The notes: generated by a model from the sequence alone, not told the origin. 64,000 nt of DNA from Nitrososphaeraceae archaeon (GCA_044870765.1 JBIOZG010000032.1:13598-77597); one strand, 5' to 3'. Positions 1 to 9,986 are shown, counted from the stretch's first letter. Numbers and translations: made by a program.

Positions 1-601
1 TTATTGGTAGGACAACAACATTATCCGCGTCTATCTTTTCTGGTTGATTTAGAAGCAGCAATCCCATAAATAGAACAGTCACAAAAGCTGTGATTGCAAT
101 TATACAATACATTGCTCCATAGATGAGAATTGTCTCTTCCTTTCTCATTTGATACCAAGAAAAAAACTTTGCAGCCATATTGCTCATTGCGATAATATTT
201 ATAGAATTAGTTAAAACAAGTACTAGCAACAACAAAAAAGTATCATAGTATTCTGAAATTAAAATTTCAAAAATGATTGTCAAAAAACATATCACGATAG
301 AAAAAATCATGTAATTTATTAGCCTCTTAAGTCTTCTAAAAGATGAACTCTCTAATTTGATTTGAAATGGTTCCTTACTAGAATAACCCAACACGTATTG
401 TTGAGCAATTAGATAAATAAACGAAATCAAGATAAAAATGACTGTTCCAATGTCTGTGGAGATAAGATTGTAATACAAATGGGCTACGTTACTAATTTCC
501 ATATCCACAAACAAAACTATAATCATAGTTATGACAAAAACTCTTAGGTCAAATAATTTATTGAAAAAATAATCGAAATTGGATTTAACGGTATAAGACA
601 T
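1..601 (-). CDS. Polytopic membrane protein, 3' end outside window; paralogue of 9987..11315
   Basis: Not in ORF track. Manual translation from ATG at 601-599 stays open to the edge: MSYTVKSNFDYFFNKLFDLRVFVITMIIVLFVDMEIS...AAKFFSWYQMRKEETILIYGAMYCIIAITAFVTVLF...; about 5 hydrophobic segments visible. Confidence 0.8.
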   Translation of the reverse strand, partial: MSYTVKSNFDYFFNKLFDLRVFVITMIIVLFVDMEISNVAHLYYNLISTDIGTVIFILISFIYLIAQQYVLGYSSKEPFQIKLESSSFRRLKRLINYMIFSIVICFLTIIFEILISEYYDTFLLLLVLVLTNSINIIAMSNMAAKFFSWYQMRKEETILIYGAMYCIIAITAFVTVLFMGLLLLNQPEKIDADNVVVLPI

Positions 602-1120
602 CCAACTATGGATAATATGTTTCGATTATTAACACTTTTCTTCCGATTAAAATGACAAACTTGTTCAATTTGAACAAAAAACTGTACGACGTGAAACAAA
701 CTAGTCTACTCGATTGACGATACTATGCAAGAGTAGCTCATAGACTATCCTGCTTTAGTAGACCCTCGAGAATCATTTATTCTTGAAATAATGTGGTATA
801 ATCTATTGATATCCACTAATAATCTAATCCAGCAAATCTTAATAGCATTGCATTCAGAAATCGTTGAATATGAGAACGTTAAAACTTTTCATTTTTAGGA
901 GTTTTCACGATTACGGATAGAATCAGTCCGTTTCCTGCCATTATTCATGGTGGATTTTTTTTATTGTTAACTTGCAATACTGTATTAACAACTTTTTGAA
1001 ATGCCAATCGTATCTATGGTTGAGCGATTTGAGCATTCCCTAGGTGTTGAGGGGTCTCTCTATAGTCTATGTAAATACACAGGGAAATGATTAACAAGTT
1101 CACCCTTGTTTATTTGATAT

Positions 1121-1351
1121 ATGTCTACGGTGATTCTAGCAAAAGAATATGATTATAGATATCGTTTGTTTGCCCTTTGTGAAAAGTGTTATTGGACTGC
1201 AACAATTTTGAAGAAAGTAGAGACATATCAGTGTCCTGTTTGTCATAGCGATGAAGTTGCACTGATACCTTTAGGTAATGATGAAAGGTATGAATATTCA
1301 TTAGAACCTACGCAAGGAATACAAATAAAATTTTCGCTACTGGGCAGATAA
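1121..1351 (+). CDS. Small zinc-ribbon-like protein
   Basis: 76 aa with CEKC...CPVC pairs. Confidence 0.65.
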   Translation: MSTVILAKEYDYRYRLFALCEKCYWTATILKKVETYQCPVCHSDEVALIPLGNDERYEYSLEPTQGIQIKFSLLGR

Positions 1352-1495
1352 ATAAGCAGGTATTTTTTAAGAATTATTGATTAATAGTAATTAATTGTCT
1401 TCCGGGTTTTTTCTAACCACACTCTATGAGATGATTTCTGAGCTTCTATATTTAAAATAAGGATAAAAGATAATTTCAACATTATTTAAAAAGAG

Positions 1496-2224
1496 ATGTT
1501 GCTAAGAGAATTAGTTAGATTTCCAATTAAGAATTCAAATTCAAATTCGTTTATTGAAGGTAATTTAGTGATACCCGATAATCCAATAGGAATAGTTATT
1601 TTTGCTCATGGGAGTGGTAGCAGTAAAAACAGCAAGAGAAATCAACTAGTATCGGAAAAATTAAACAAAAACAATATTGCAACATTGTTGTTCGATCTGT
1701 TATCTGATGTGGAACAGGCATTTGATTCGCAAGTAGAAACAATGACATCCAAAATCCCTGGTGCGGTATTGAATAAATTCAATATTTCATTACTTACAAA
1801 GCGACTATCAATGGCTACAGATTGGGTATTGAGGAATCCGCACACAGGGAGATTACAATTAAGTTATTTTGCTTCAAGTACCGGAGGGGCAGCCGCCTTG
1901 ATGTCCGCATGTCCATACAACATAGTATCAATTGTAATTCGCAGTGGACGAACAGACTTAGTAGAAAATCAATTTTTAGAACAGATAGTATCATCTTGCT
2001 TATTTGTTGTAGGAAGCCGGGAAAAATCGCTCATCAAAATTAGTAAGGAAACTATGAAAAAAATGAGAAATTCAAAGGAAAAAAAACTCAGTATTATAGA
2101 ACGTGCCTCTCATCTGTTTGAAGAGGAAGGAACTATGCAGTCAGTTGCAGAAGTTGCGACTCAATGGATGACTCGGCATTTTACTTTGCGCATTAACACT
2201 AATAGCATAGACAAGCAGCCCTAA
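1496..2224 (+). CDS. Alpha/beta hydrolase (dienelactone hydrolase-like, PRTase-associated type)
   Basis: FAHGSGSS oxyanion motif, YFASSTGG nucleophile elbow, ASHLFEE catalytic His region. Confidence 0.8.
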   Translation: MLLRELVRFPIKNSNSNSFIEGNLVIPDNPIGIVIFAHGSGSSKNSKRNQLVSEKLNKNNIATLLFDLLSDVEQAFDSQVETMTSKIPGAVLNKFNISLLTKRLSMATDWVLRNPHTGRLQLSYFASSTGGAAALMSACPYNIVSIVIRSGRTDLVENQFLEQIVSSCLFVVGSREKSLIKISKETMKKMRNSKEKKLSIIERASHLFEEEGTMQSVAEVATQWMTRHFTLRINTNSIDKQP

Positions 2225-2325
2225 AAAATCTCTAAACTCTATAACATACTTAAATTTTGATATAAGATTTGGATAACATAACACCATGTTTAATACCTGA
2301 TTAGTATCAATAGTGTTGTCTGGTA

Positions 2326-3036
2326 TTGATATTAAACAAGATATTTGGTAAATTTCAATTGAAAATAAAGAACAGGGAATCAGCGGGTAACATTCTAGCA
2401 GAGACAATAAAGGATGTCCTGAAAAAGGATGCCAGACAAGATATCATAGTAATTGGCTTGCCCCGTGGTGGATTTGTAATGGCAAAAATCATAGCAACAA
2501 AATTATCTTGTAGCCTGGATATGATGATCTCCAAAAGACTACGCGCTCCGCACAATGAAGAACTGGCTATTGGAGCTGTCGCTGAGGATGGTACCACATA
2601 TTTGAATAAATCTTTAATTGAGGAACTGAAAATATCTGACGAATATATTAATAATGAAATTTCCTACCAATTACAAGAAATTAAGCGCCTAGCTAACATG
2701 TACTATCAAGGAAAGAAATCCTTCTTGGATAGGCTACAGATTACAATCAAAGAAAAAACAATAGTAATAGTAGATGATGGCGCAGCGACAGGGTCTACTA
2801 TTATGGCTACAGTTAGAAGTTTAAGAAAAACACACAATCCTAAGCGGATTATAGTAGCCATTGCTATTTCACCAAGAAGTACAGTCGATCTATTGAAGAA
2901 CGAGGATATAGATCACGTTGAAGTTATTACTAGTCCTGTAGACACTAATTTTAGATCTATTGAACAGTTTTACCAGAATTTCGAACAAGTTACCGATAAT
3001 AGAGTTTTAGACATCATTCGTACTGCGATAAAATAA
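2326..3036 (+). CDS. Type I phosphoribosyltransferase family protein
   Basis: GLPRGG, KRLRAPHNEELAIGAV, and PRPP-binding loop IVDDGAATGST. Confidence 0.85.
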   Translation: MILNKIFGKFQLKIKNRESAGNILAETIKDVLKKDARQDIIVIGLPRGGFVMAKIIATKLSCSLDMMISKRLRAPHNEELAIGAVAEDGTTYLNKSLIEELKISDEYINNEISYQLQEIKRLANMYYQGKKSFLDRLQITIKEKTIVIVDDGAATGSTIMATVRSLRKTHNPKRIIVAIAISPRSTVDLLKNEDIDHVEVITSPVDTNFRSIEQFYQNFEQVTDNRVLDIIRTAIK

Positions 3037-3258
3037 AAGAACTTTTACCATTCCTTTCGAAGAAGGAAGATGGAAATATTAGATTCTTTATTTGGTACTT
3101 CCTGAATAAATATTTAAAAATTATTAACCCATTAGTTACTAAAAAGAGTATTAACGTTATCAAAAACTTGGATTGATGCGTGTTCCAGTGAAGACTGGTG
3201 ACAGGGCTGGTTCGAAGAACACATTCTATATATTACACTACTTGTACAAGAAATACTC

Positions 3259-4059
3259 CTGAATCTATTAATTTCCTCCAGAGACCTTCACAACCGAGTC
3301 ACCAAACCCCGCAATCACTCCATTATAATCGATACCCGATCTTTTTCAGAATATAAGAATGGGCATATTCCCGGAGCAATAAACGTGGACCTTTTTCAGT
3401 TACACTGGTTTGATACATCTAAAAGAGGCATCAAGGATTTCAATAGACAAACAAGAATATTGTTATCACGTATTGGAATACAAAGAGAAAGCCATGTGAT
3501 TTTTTATGACAATGTATCCGGTATCTCAGCCGCCAGAGGGGTTTGGTTACTCCTATACTTTTCTCATAAAAAAGTAGAAATGTTAGATGGAGGATTTGAG
3601 AACTGGAAAAAAGAAGGATATCGTATTGAATTAAAAACTAATCCACTCAACTACGCTGAATTCAAAGGCAAAATCAATTACAAAGTTTTGGCAACTGCCA
3701 AGGAAGTAAAGGGATCATTGAACAACAAAAATGTGTCAATAGTAGATGCTAGGTCAAGTAAAGAGTATAATGGTTCTGATGTAAGGACAGTGAGGCGAGG
3801 TCATATCCCTTCAGCAATAAATATTGACTGGGAAAACAATATCGAAAATGGAGTCTTCAAAAATAAAAGCAAGCTATCACGAATTTACTCAAATGTTCAG
3901 AAAAAGTCACAGATAATAACTTACTGTCAAGGCGGGTATAGGGCTGCAAATGCTTTTTTGGTATTGAAATTGTTGGGATACGATAAAGTAAAAATGTACC
4001 TTGGTTCATGGGGCGAATGGGGAAATAAACTCGATCTTCCTGTCTCTAAGAGAGATTAA
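3259..4059 (+). CDS. Tandem-domain rhodanese / thiosulfate sulfurtransferase (start probably upstream of the tracked GTG at 3385)
   Basis: Frame is open from 3202 and encodes IIDTRSFSEYKNGHIPGAINV before 3385; second domain has GHIPSA, active-site YCQGGYRA and C-terminal YLGSWGEW. Confidence 0.85.
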   Translation: MNLLISSRDLHNRVTKPRNHSIIIDTRSFSEYKNGHIPGAINVDLFQLHWFDTSKRGIKDFNRQTRILLSRIGIQRESHVIFYDNVSGISAARGVWLLLYFSHKKVEMLDGGFENWKKEGYRIELKTNPLNYAEFKGKINYKVLATAKEVKGSLNNKNVSIVDARSSKEYNGSDVRTVRRGHIPSAINIDWENNIENGVFKNKSKLSRIYSNVQKKSQIITYCQGGYRAANAFLVLKLLGYDKVKMYLGSWGEWGNKLDLPVSKRD

Positions 4060-4130
4060 ATCTTTATTTGTTGTTCTAACGTTCAGCTTCCGATTGCTTA
4101 ACTTTAATACTTGAATTACAAAGCAATGCT

Positions 4131-5231
4131 GTGATAAAGCTCCACATTGTGCAGGCTGAATTTGGAGATTGTTTCATCTTAGAATCCAAATCAAATAATG
4201 AATCCACCACCATGTTAATTGATGGAGGGCCGTATCAAACTTTTAGAAATCATCTTAAACCGACCCTTCAGAAGTTACTCTTAAATGGAAAAATAGATCT
4301 AATGGTATTGAGTCACATCGATAACGATCATATTATAGGATTACTCGATCTACTCATTGAAATCAAAAATGAAAGAGACAACGGAATAAAAGAACTGGTT
4401 AAGATAAAAAAAATGTGGCATAATTCGTTTAAGGAACTTTTACAACTGCCTGAGGAACCAAAGAAATTACTTGCAAGTATTTTCTGGTCTCAAAATTTGA
4501 TAAATAGGAAAAACATCTTAGAATCTCTAGTTATGAAAGGTTTTCAACAAGGGACAGATCTAACAAAGTTAGCAAAAACACTAAAAATACCAATTAATCC
4601 TGGTTTTGATAAGGTAATTGTGGTTTATGACAAGATGAAATCTGTTAGTCTGAACGATATCAATTTGTATTTACTTGGTCCTACAAAGAAGAATATCGAC
4701 AAACTCCGGAAGGAATGGAATGATTGGTTTAGTAAGAAGCAGCAGGCTATAAAGACTGAATTTGGACTCGTTCAGATTTTGGATAAGAGTGTTCCTAATT
4801 TGGCTAGCATTGCCTTTTTGGCCGAAATAAAAAATAGGAAAATCCTCTTTACTGGTGATGGTCTCGGACAGGATGTAGTTGATATGTTATCAAAAAATGA
4901 AATGTTAGACGAGAATGGTAAATTTCACGTTGATGTCTTAAAAGTGCCACACCATGGAAGTGACAGGAACACATCATTAGATTTTTTTAATACCGTGAAT
5001 GCAAAATACTATGTTATATCTGCTAATGGAAGGGACGACAATCCGTCACTTAGTACGCTAAGATGGATTATTGAAAGTGGGAAAACTAGTAGAGGACCTA
5101 AAAAAATTATTTTGACGAATATTACTCCGAACGTCAGAAAGGTATTACAAGAATATGATCAAAAGAAATTCAATTATAAAAGTATTGTTTTGGAAAAAAA
5201 ATTTGACTTTATGACAATCAATTTAAGATGA
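4131..5231 (+). CDS. MBL-fold metallo-hydrolase (ComEC/Rec2-like)
   Basis: GDCFIL, LIDGG, SHIDNDHIIG, LFTGD and KVPHHGS motifs. Confidence 0.85.
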   Translation: MIKLHIVQAEFGDCFILESKSNNESTTMLIDGGPYQTFRNHLKPTLQKLLLNGKIDLMVLSHIDNDHIIGLLDLLIEIKNERDNGIKELVKIKKMWHNSFKELLQLPEEPKKLLASIFWSQNLINRKNILESLVMKGFQQGTDLTKLAKTLKIPINPGFDKVIVVYDKMKSVSLNDINLYLLGPTKKNIDKLRKEWNDWFSKKQQAIKTEFGLVQILDKSVPNLASIAFLAEIKNRKILFTGDGLGQDVVDMLSKNEMLDENGKFHVDVLKVPHHGSDRNTSLDFFNTVNAKYYVISANGRDDNPSLSTLRWIIESGKTSRGPKKIILTNITPNVRKVLQEYDQKKFNYKSIVLEKKFDFMTINLR

Positions 5232-5334
5232 ATCGCATAGAAGCTACTTTTCGATGAAGTAAAATAACATTTTAGAAATGAAATATCAGAAAAAACTTAG
5301 TAATACATAAATCATAAAACGAAGAAAAATAGAT

Positions 5335-6432
5335 ATGTTTTTCAAAAACGGTAGTACTGTTGTTCGCAGAAGTGGTCGTTTATTAAATTGGACAAATCAT
5401 ACCTGTTTTATTATTCCAGAGTATGTAAATAAAAAAATAGTGGAAAAGGGAACTAAGAAACAAAAGGAACAGGCTTGGAAAAATCTTATCTTAACAGAAC
5501 AATTGAGAGGAAGAAGGTCAGTAACTGGATTGATGTCTTCGATGTTTTCAGTATCAAATAGACTAGAGCGTACCATTTTTGACGCTAAAAATTCTGAGAA
5601 TTTGCCAGGGACGCTTGTGAGACGTGAAGGTGAAAAAGCAAAAGGAGGTAAGCCTGTTACTGAAGCATATGACTATTCCGGCTCAACCTACAACCTTTTC
5701 AGAGAAATCTTTGATCGCAATTCCATCGACACAAGGGGAATGAAACTAGACTCCACGGTGCATTACGGAGATGATTACAATAATGCATTTTGGAATGGTA
5801 CCCAAATGGTCTACGGCGATGGAGATGGCGATATTTTTCAACGCTTTACAAAAAGTATCGACGTAATAGGTCATGAACTTACTCACGGAGTAACTCAATA
5901 TGAGGCAGCCCTTGAATACGAGGGTCAAGCTGGAGCATTAAATGAAAGTTTCTCTGATGTCTTTGGATCTTTGGTAAAGCAATATTCACTCAAACAAAAA
6001 GTCGATAAAGCAGATTGGCTAATTGGCAGCGGTCTCTTTACTAGAAAAATTAGAGGCAGCGCGCTACGTTCTATGAAAGAGCCTGGAACGGCATATGATG
6101 ATCCCATAATTGGTAAGGATCCGCAGCCAGGTCACATGAAAGATTATGTAGAGACTACCGACGACAATGGAGGGGTACATATAAATTCCGGAATTCCAAA
6201 TCGTGCCTTTTACCTTATTGCAAAAGAACTAGGAGGCTATGCCTGGGAAAAAGCCGGTAAAATTTGGTATCTCACATTAACAGAAAGATTGAGAGAACGA
6301 TCTGATTTTCAAAAAGCAGCAGAATCGACATTTCAGGTAGCCAGAAACCTATACGGCGAAGGAAGTCACGAAGAAGACGCAGTCAAACAATCTTGGAATC
6401 TAGTAGGTATTAAGATAAAATCAAAGAGGTAA
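5335..6432 (+). CDS. Protealysin-like M4 metalloprotease
   Basis: Short propeptide with CFIIPEY; NNAFWNG, HELTH zinc motif, NESFSD third ligand, DNGGVHINSG; no classical signal peptide. Confidence 0.93.
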   Translation: MFFKNGSTVVRRSGRLLNWTNHTCFIIPEYVNKKIVEKGTKKQKEQAWKNLILTEQLRGRRSVTGLMSSMFSVSNRLERTIFDAKNSENLPGTLVRREGEKAKGGKPVTEAYDYSGSTYNLFREIFDRNSIDTRGMKLDSTVHYGDDYNNAFWNGTQMVYGDGDGDIFQRFTKSIDVIGHELTHGVTQYEAALEYEGQAGALNESFSDVFGSLVKQYSLKQKVDKADWLIGSGLFTRKIRGSALRSMKEPGTAYDDPIIGKDPQPGHMKDYVETTDDNGGVHINSGIPNRAFYLIAKELGGYAWEKAGKIWYLTLTERLRERSDFQKAAESTFQVARNLYGEGSHEEDAVKQSWNLVGIKIKSKR

Positions 6433-6465
6433 TAAATAACTAAAACTTAGTTCGATTGGGCATAT

Positions 6466-6786
6466 ATGATTATCAAAGTTGAACGTAGTGGTGGATTGGT
6501 AGGATTACATACGTCGACTGAAATTGATGCAAAGGATTTGCCTCCTCAATTGATAACCAAGGCGAGAAAAATTATAAATGCAAAAATATCTCTTTTACCA
6601 CGGAAGGCGAAACCGATAGGCTCAGCAGATCATTATAGTTTTAAAATTTCGATTCATGACAGCAAAAGACGAAAAGTCTTTGAATGTACTCAATATAACA
6701 TTCACGATGACTTAAAATCTCTTGTAAACTATATTGAAAAAAATTCAAAGAAGGTTAAATTAAAGGACGCCTCATTCAAACCCTAA
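6466..6786 (+). CDS. Emfourin-like protealysin inhibitor
   Basis: 106 aa, 33 bp downstream of the M4 protease; N-terminal IKVERSGGLVG and ADHYSFKISI resemble emfourin motifs. Confidence 0.85.
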   Translation: MIIKVERSGGLVGLHTSTEIDAKDLPPQLITKARKIINAKISLLPRKAKPIGSADHYSFKISIHDSKRRKVFECTQYNIHDDLKSLVNYIEKNSKKVKLKDASFKP

Positions 6787-6886
6787 TTCAAAATCCATTT
6801 TCTAATCCATTTATTCACTTTCATGTAATTTTCTAATAATGTTACAAGTTTCAGCTATGAACCAATGAATCATTGTTGCATAACAC

Positions 6887-7492
6887 TCATCCTACGGTAA
6901 GTTCATAACTTACTTTGATTTTGGTCAATCCAGAAGAACAAGAGGAGAAGGAGGATAGTCTTAAATTTTCATTGATTGGATTAAGAAAAATCCAATACCC
7001 ATCTGAAACACAGCGTCTCTTTCCGGGGGAGATGTCAAATATGTTATTTTGAGGCAGATTAATTTCAAAAAATGGCGATTGAATTCTATATTTTTCAAGA
7101 CCTTTGTTGACAGTTATTCCATTTATTGTCAATTCAAGCGGACCCACAACATCCATCTTGCTACTGGCAATTTCCACTAATTCGTTATCTGAATTTCCAT
7201 CATATTGTATTATAGATATCCAGTTTATAATTGGCATAAAGATAGATGTGCCTCTAGTAATTTTATTTCTGCGACATGGTGTATTTTTGACACCCTCATA
7301 TGTTTGACATAAAAAGAGAACGCGTGAATCATTTTGATTTTGATAAATCTTGCTACCGCTCCAATCAAATGCAGGATTAATAGACTTTGGAATAGAAGAA
7401 ATCCACTGCCACCATTTTACTACCCACTCACTATACGATAATCCAAAAGGTTTGGAATCCATTGGGAAAAAATCAATATCTGATGATGGCAT
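6887..7492 (-). CDS. Uncharacterised 'KPxG...WWQW...DGYW' family protein, no signal peptide (paralogue A)
   Basis: 201-aa ORF with KPFGLSYSEWVVKWWQWISSIP and SDGYWIFL. Confidence 0.8.
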   Translation of the reverse strand: MPSSDIDFFPMDSKPFGLSYSEWVVKWWQWISSIPKSINPAFDWSGSKIYQNQNDSRVLFLCQTYEGVKNTPCRRNKITRGTSIFMPIINWISIIQYDGNSDNELVEIASSKMDVVGPLELTINGITVNKGLEKYRIQSPFFEINLPQNNIFDISPGKRRCVSDGYWIFLNPINENLRLSSFSSCSSGLTKIKVSYELTVG

Positions 7493-7957
7493 GCAGTCAA
7501 TGTTGTGGTAACAAATATTTACGTTAATCTATAAACTCCTCATCTAAAATTCGGCTTTATTCACAAAGTAAAATTGGCTGCTGGTTTAATCATGATTATT
7601 CCAAATTAATTTATTTACTACTCAATTAGTCACTTAAATTATTAATTTGAGACTTAATTATGTCCTTGACTATTGACTTTCTTAATAGAAAATGTCATGT
7701 AGCCCATAAGAAGAGAATTGAATATTGTAAGGACCTTCTTCATAATTTAGATTCATTTGCCGGTGTTAATAAATATTTTGCGAATTTAACTGTGTCAAAG
7801 GGTAATTAGATTGGTCAACATCAAGAAATGCACTATTTCATTTACAAATTAGAAGCAATACAATCTGTCATGTTTCGACTCAAAATAATGTCAATTTTTC
7901 GCTCCGAAAAATTGCTCCTGTTGTAATGGAATAAGAGCACATCAACTTTAATGCATA

Positions 7958-8722
7958 ATGTTTAAAAATCTGCGGTGGTTATCAGCAATATTGATAGTTC
8001 ATGGTAGAATACGCTACTTGATGATTATTTTGGTCATCCTACTCCCTTTCATTTCTCTTCTTAGTTTCCCGAACTTGCAAGCTCAGGGGGTAATTGTTTA
8101 TGGCCCTAATGAAAAACCCTATGGCAAAACATTTGAACAATATGCTAATATTTTCTGGAATGCAAATTCTAACCTTGGACCAACAAAGGCTGCTTCATCC
8201 GAATCATATGTACCCCAAAAATGTTTCTTAATGGATCTGGATAATAAGCTCTTCCTTCAAGATTTTTATGCAGAAAAAATAAGTAATAGGGATCGATCAT
8301 TTGACTGTACAATTTCTCAAAAACCAATAGTAATTCCAGCTCTTATGGAAGGCTGTAGCTTTGGAGATTATGAAAATCTTGCTGATCGAAATGATCAGAA
8401 GCTGATGGAATGCGCGCATTCACACAACCCTTATGCTGTTGCAGAGGTAATCATTGATGGACAACCCATTAAAAACATAAATGATTATCGCAAGACTTCT
8501 GATTTTTTTATTCTAAATGAAACTAACCCCGATAATGCTTACAATACTGAAGTTGGTTCATGGCGTGCAATTACTGATGCGATAATGGTAGTCGTAGATT
8601 TACCTGTGGGAGAACATGATATAAGATACAAAGTCACCCAAAAGATGCCTGAAATCATAGCTCCTGACGATCCTGTATTAGTAACAGATGTAAAATATCA
8701 CTTTACTGTTAATCCCAATTAG
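7958..8722 (+). CDS. Secreted or membrane-anchored member of the same family (paralogue B)
   Basis: Hydrophobic N-terminus ending near LQAQ; KPYGKTFEQY, IDGQPI, LPVGEH, VKYHFTV; 4 Cys. Confidence 0.75.
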   Translation: MFKNLRWLSAILIVHGRIRYLMIILVILLPFISLLSFPNLQAQGVIVYGPNEKPYGKTFEQYANIFWNANSNLGPTKAASSESYVPQKCFLMDLDNKLFLQDFYAEKISNRDRSFDCTISQKPIVIPALMEGCSFGDYENLADRNDQKLMECAHSHNPYAVAEVIIDGQPIKNINDYRKTSDFFILNETNPDNAYNTEVGSWRAITDAIMVVVDLPVGEHDIRYKVTQKMPEIIAPDDPVLVTDVKYHFTVNPN

Positions 8723-8949
8723 ACAATCAGACCTAATCTTTGTGTAGTTTGTCTGGTTCTTAATGAGATATACCCAAACCAAATTAATTAGGCAATATCG
8801 CTTGAAAGATCAGGGATTTAACTTTAAACCAATGGTCAATAAGTTAATCAAGGCAATTGGACAAAATAAACAATATTCTGTCCTTTTGTATATATTATGT
8901 AATATTTCGGAAGTAAATACTTAATAATAGGCTGTACTTTTTAGAAATA

Positions 8950-9723
8950 TTGAAAAAACATAATTCAGGCCATAGCTCGGATCATCATGAAGCTCCGCAC
9001 CAGTTTCCTCGGAATTATATTTTTAGTATGGATGAGTGGAGAAACCATCATGAACATACTCATGACAAAGAAGATCCAGTAATGGGTCATAAAGAGGTCT
9101 TGGCCAAGGGCGGGGTTAGCTGTGAAAAAGTCGTTGAAGAATGGCATAAATGGTTATTTAGAATTCCAGCTCGTATCCATCCGAATCTTGTACCACCCTC
9201 AAATTCATATAAGGCAGAATCAAGTGGAATTGAAAATCCACTATATGTTGCTGGAAATAGAGTCTATATGACAGCATTTGTACCGCTTACGAAAAAGGAA
9301 GATAATATTACTACTCTCCAAATATATGATGACACACAATATATCTTACTGCCTATTATGACAGCTGAAGCGTGCACTGAGGAATATCCGTCTGTGAGGA
9401 CTCAAGCTGAACTTTGGGACATGGTTGAGAGTGAAACAAACAGCATTGGTGAAATTATATTCAAAATAGATGATATCCCAAGAATGGGATGCTTTGTTGA
9501 GAAAAAAAATAGACTGACTATAAGTAATGTAGCTACCGAAAATCTCATGGGGATTAAACCTCAAAATATGAAGCCAAATAACACGATTGAAATTGTCTAT
9601 AACGGCTATTGGGCCTTACTTGATGTAAAAAGACTTGGACCGGGTGATCATTTGATCACTGTTGAATCAACTGGTAAATCATACTTTGTTGGCGCTACTA
9701 TAGCATTGAATATACTGATCTGA
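8950..9723 (+). CDS. His-rich N-terminal member of the same family (paralogue C)
   Basis: 10 His in the first 47 aa; EEWHKWLFRIP, ILLPIM, YNGYWALL, LGPGDH. Confidence 0.75.
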   Translation: MKKHNSGHSSDHHEAPHQFPRNYIFSMDEWRNHHEHTHDKEDPVMGHKEVLAKGGVSCEKVVEEWHKWLFRIPARIHPNLVPPSNSYKAESSGIENPLYVAGNRVYMTAFVPLTKKEDNITTLQIYDDTQYILLPIMTAEACTEEYPSVRTQAELWDMVESETNSIGEIIFKIDDIPRMGCFVEKKNRLTISNVATENLMGIKPQNMKPNNTIEIVYNGYWALLDVKRLGPGDHLITVESTGKSYFVGATIALNILI

Positions 9724-9986
9724 TTCCAAAAATCTTTTAGTAATACAATTATCTCTCTGGCTAGATTATGGTCAATTCCATTGCCATAATCTTCTTTGTT
9801 TGTTAGGATATAACTGGAGAATAAGTTAAGGCATTAAAGGGCCCAAATAATTTGTGGTCTCTGAAAAGAAATTGTTATTTTTAGTTAACAAATTCATTCA
9901 AATTCAGTACTGCATTGGACGTCTAAAAGTCCAACACTGGACTACGAAGAATTATGAATATATATATAAAGTAAATATACACTAGC

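Noticed and set aside
3180-3222. GC-richer segment with a small hairpin (ccagt-gaag-actgg), outer gtgttc/gaacac pairing and GGTTCGAA
   Set aside because: Resembles a tRNA T-loop but lacks a T-stem and cloverleaf; too short to call an RNA gene.
7624-7659. AT-rich imperfect inverted repeat between paralogues A and B
   Set aside because: Low complexity; expected by chance at this AT content.
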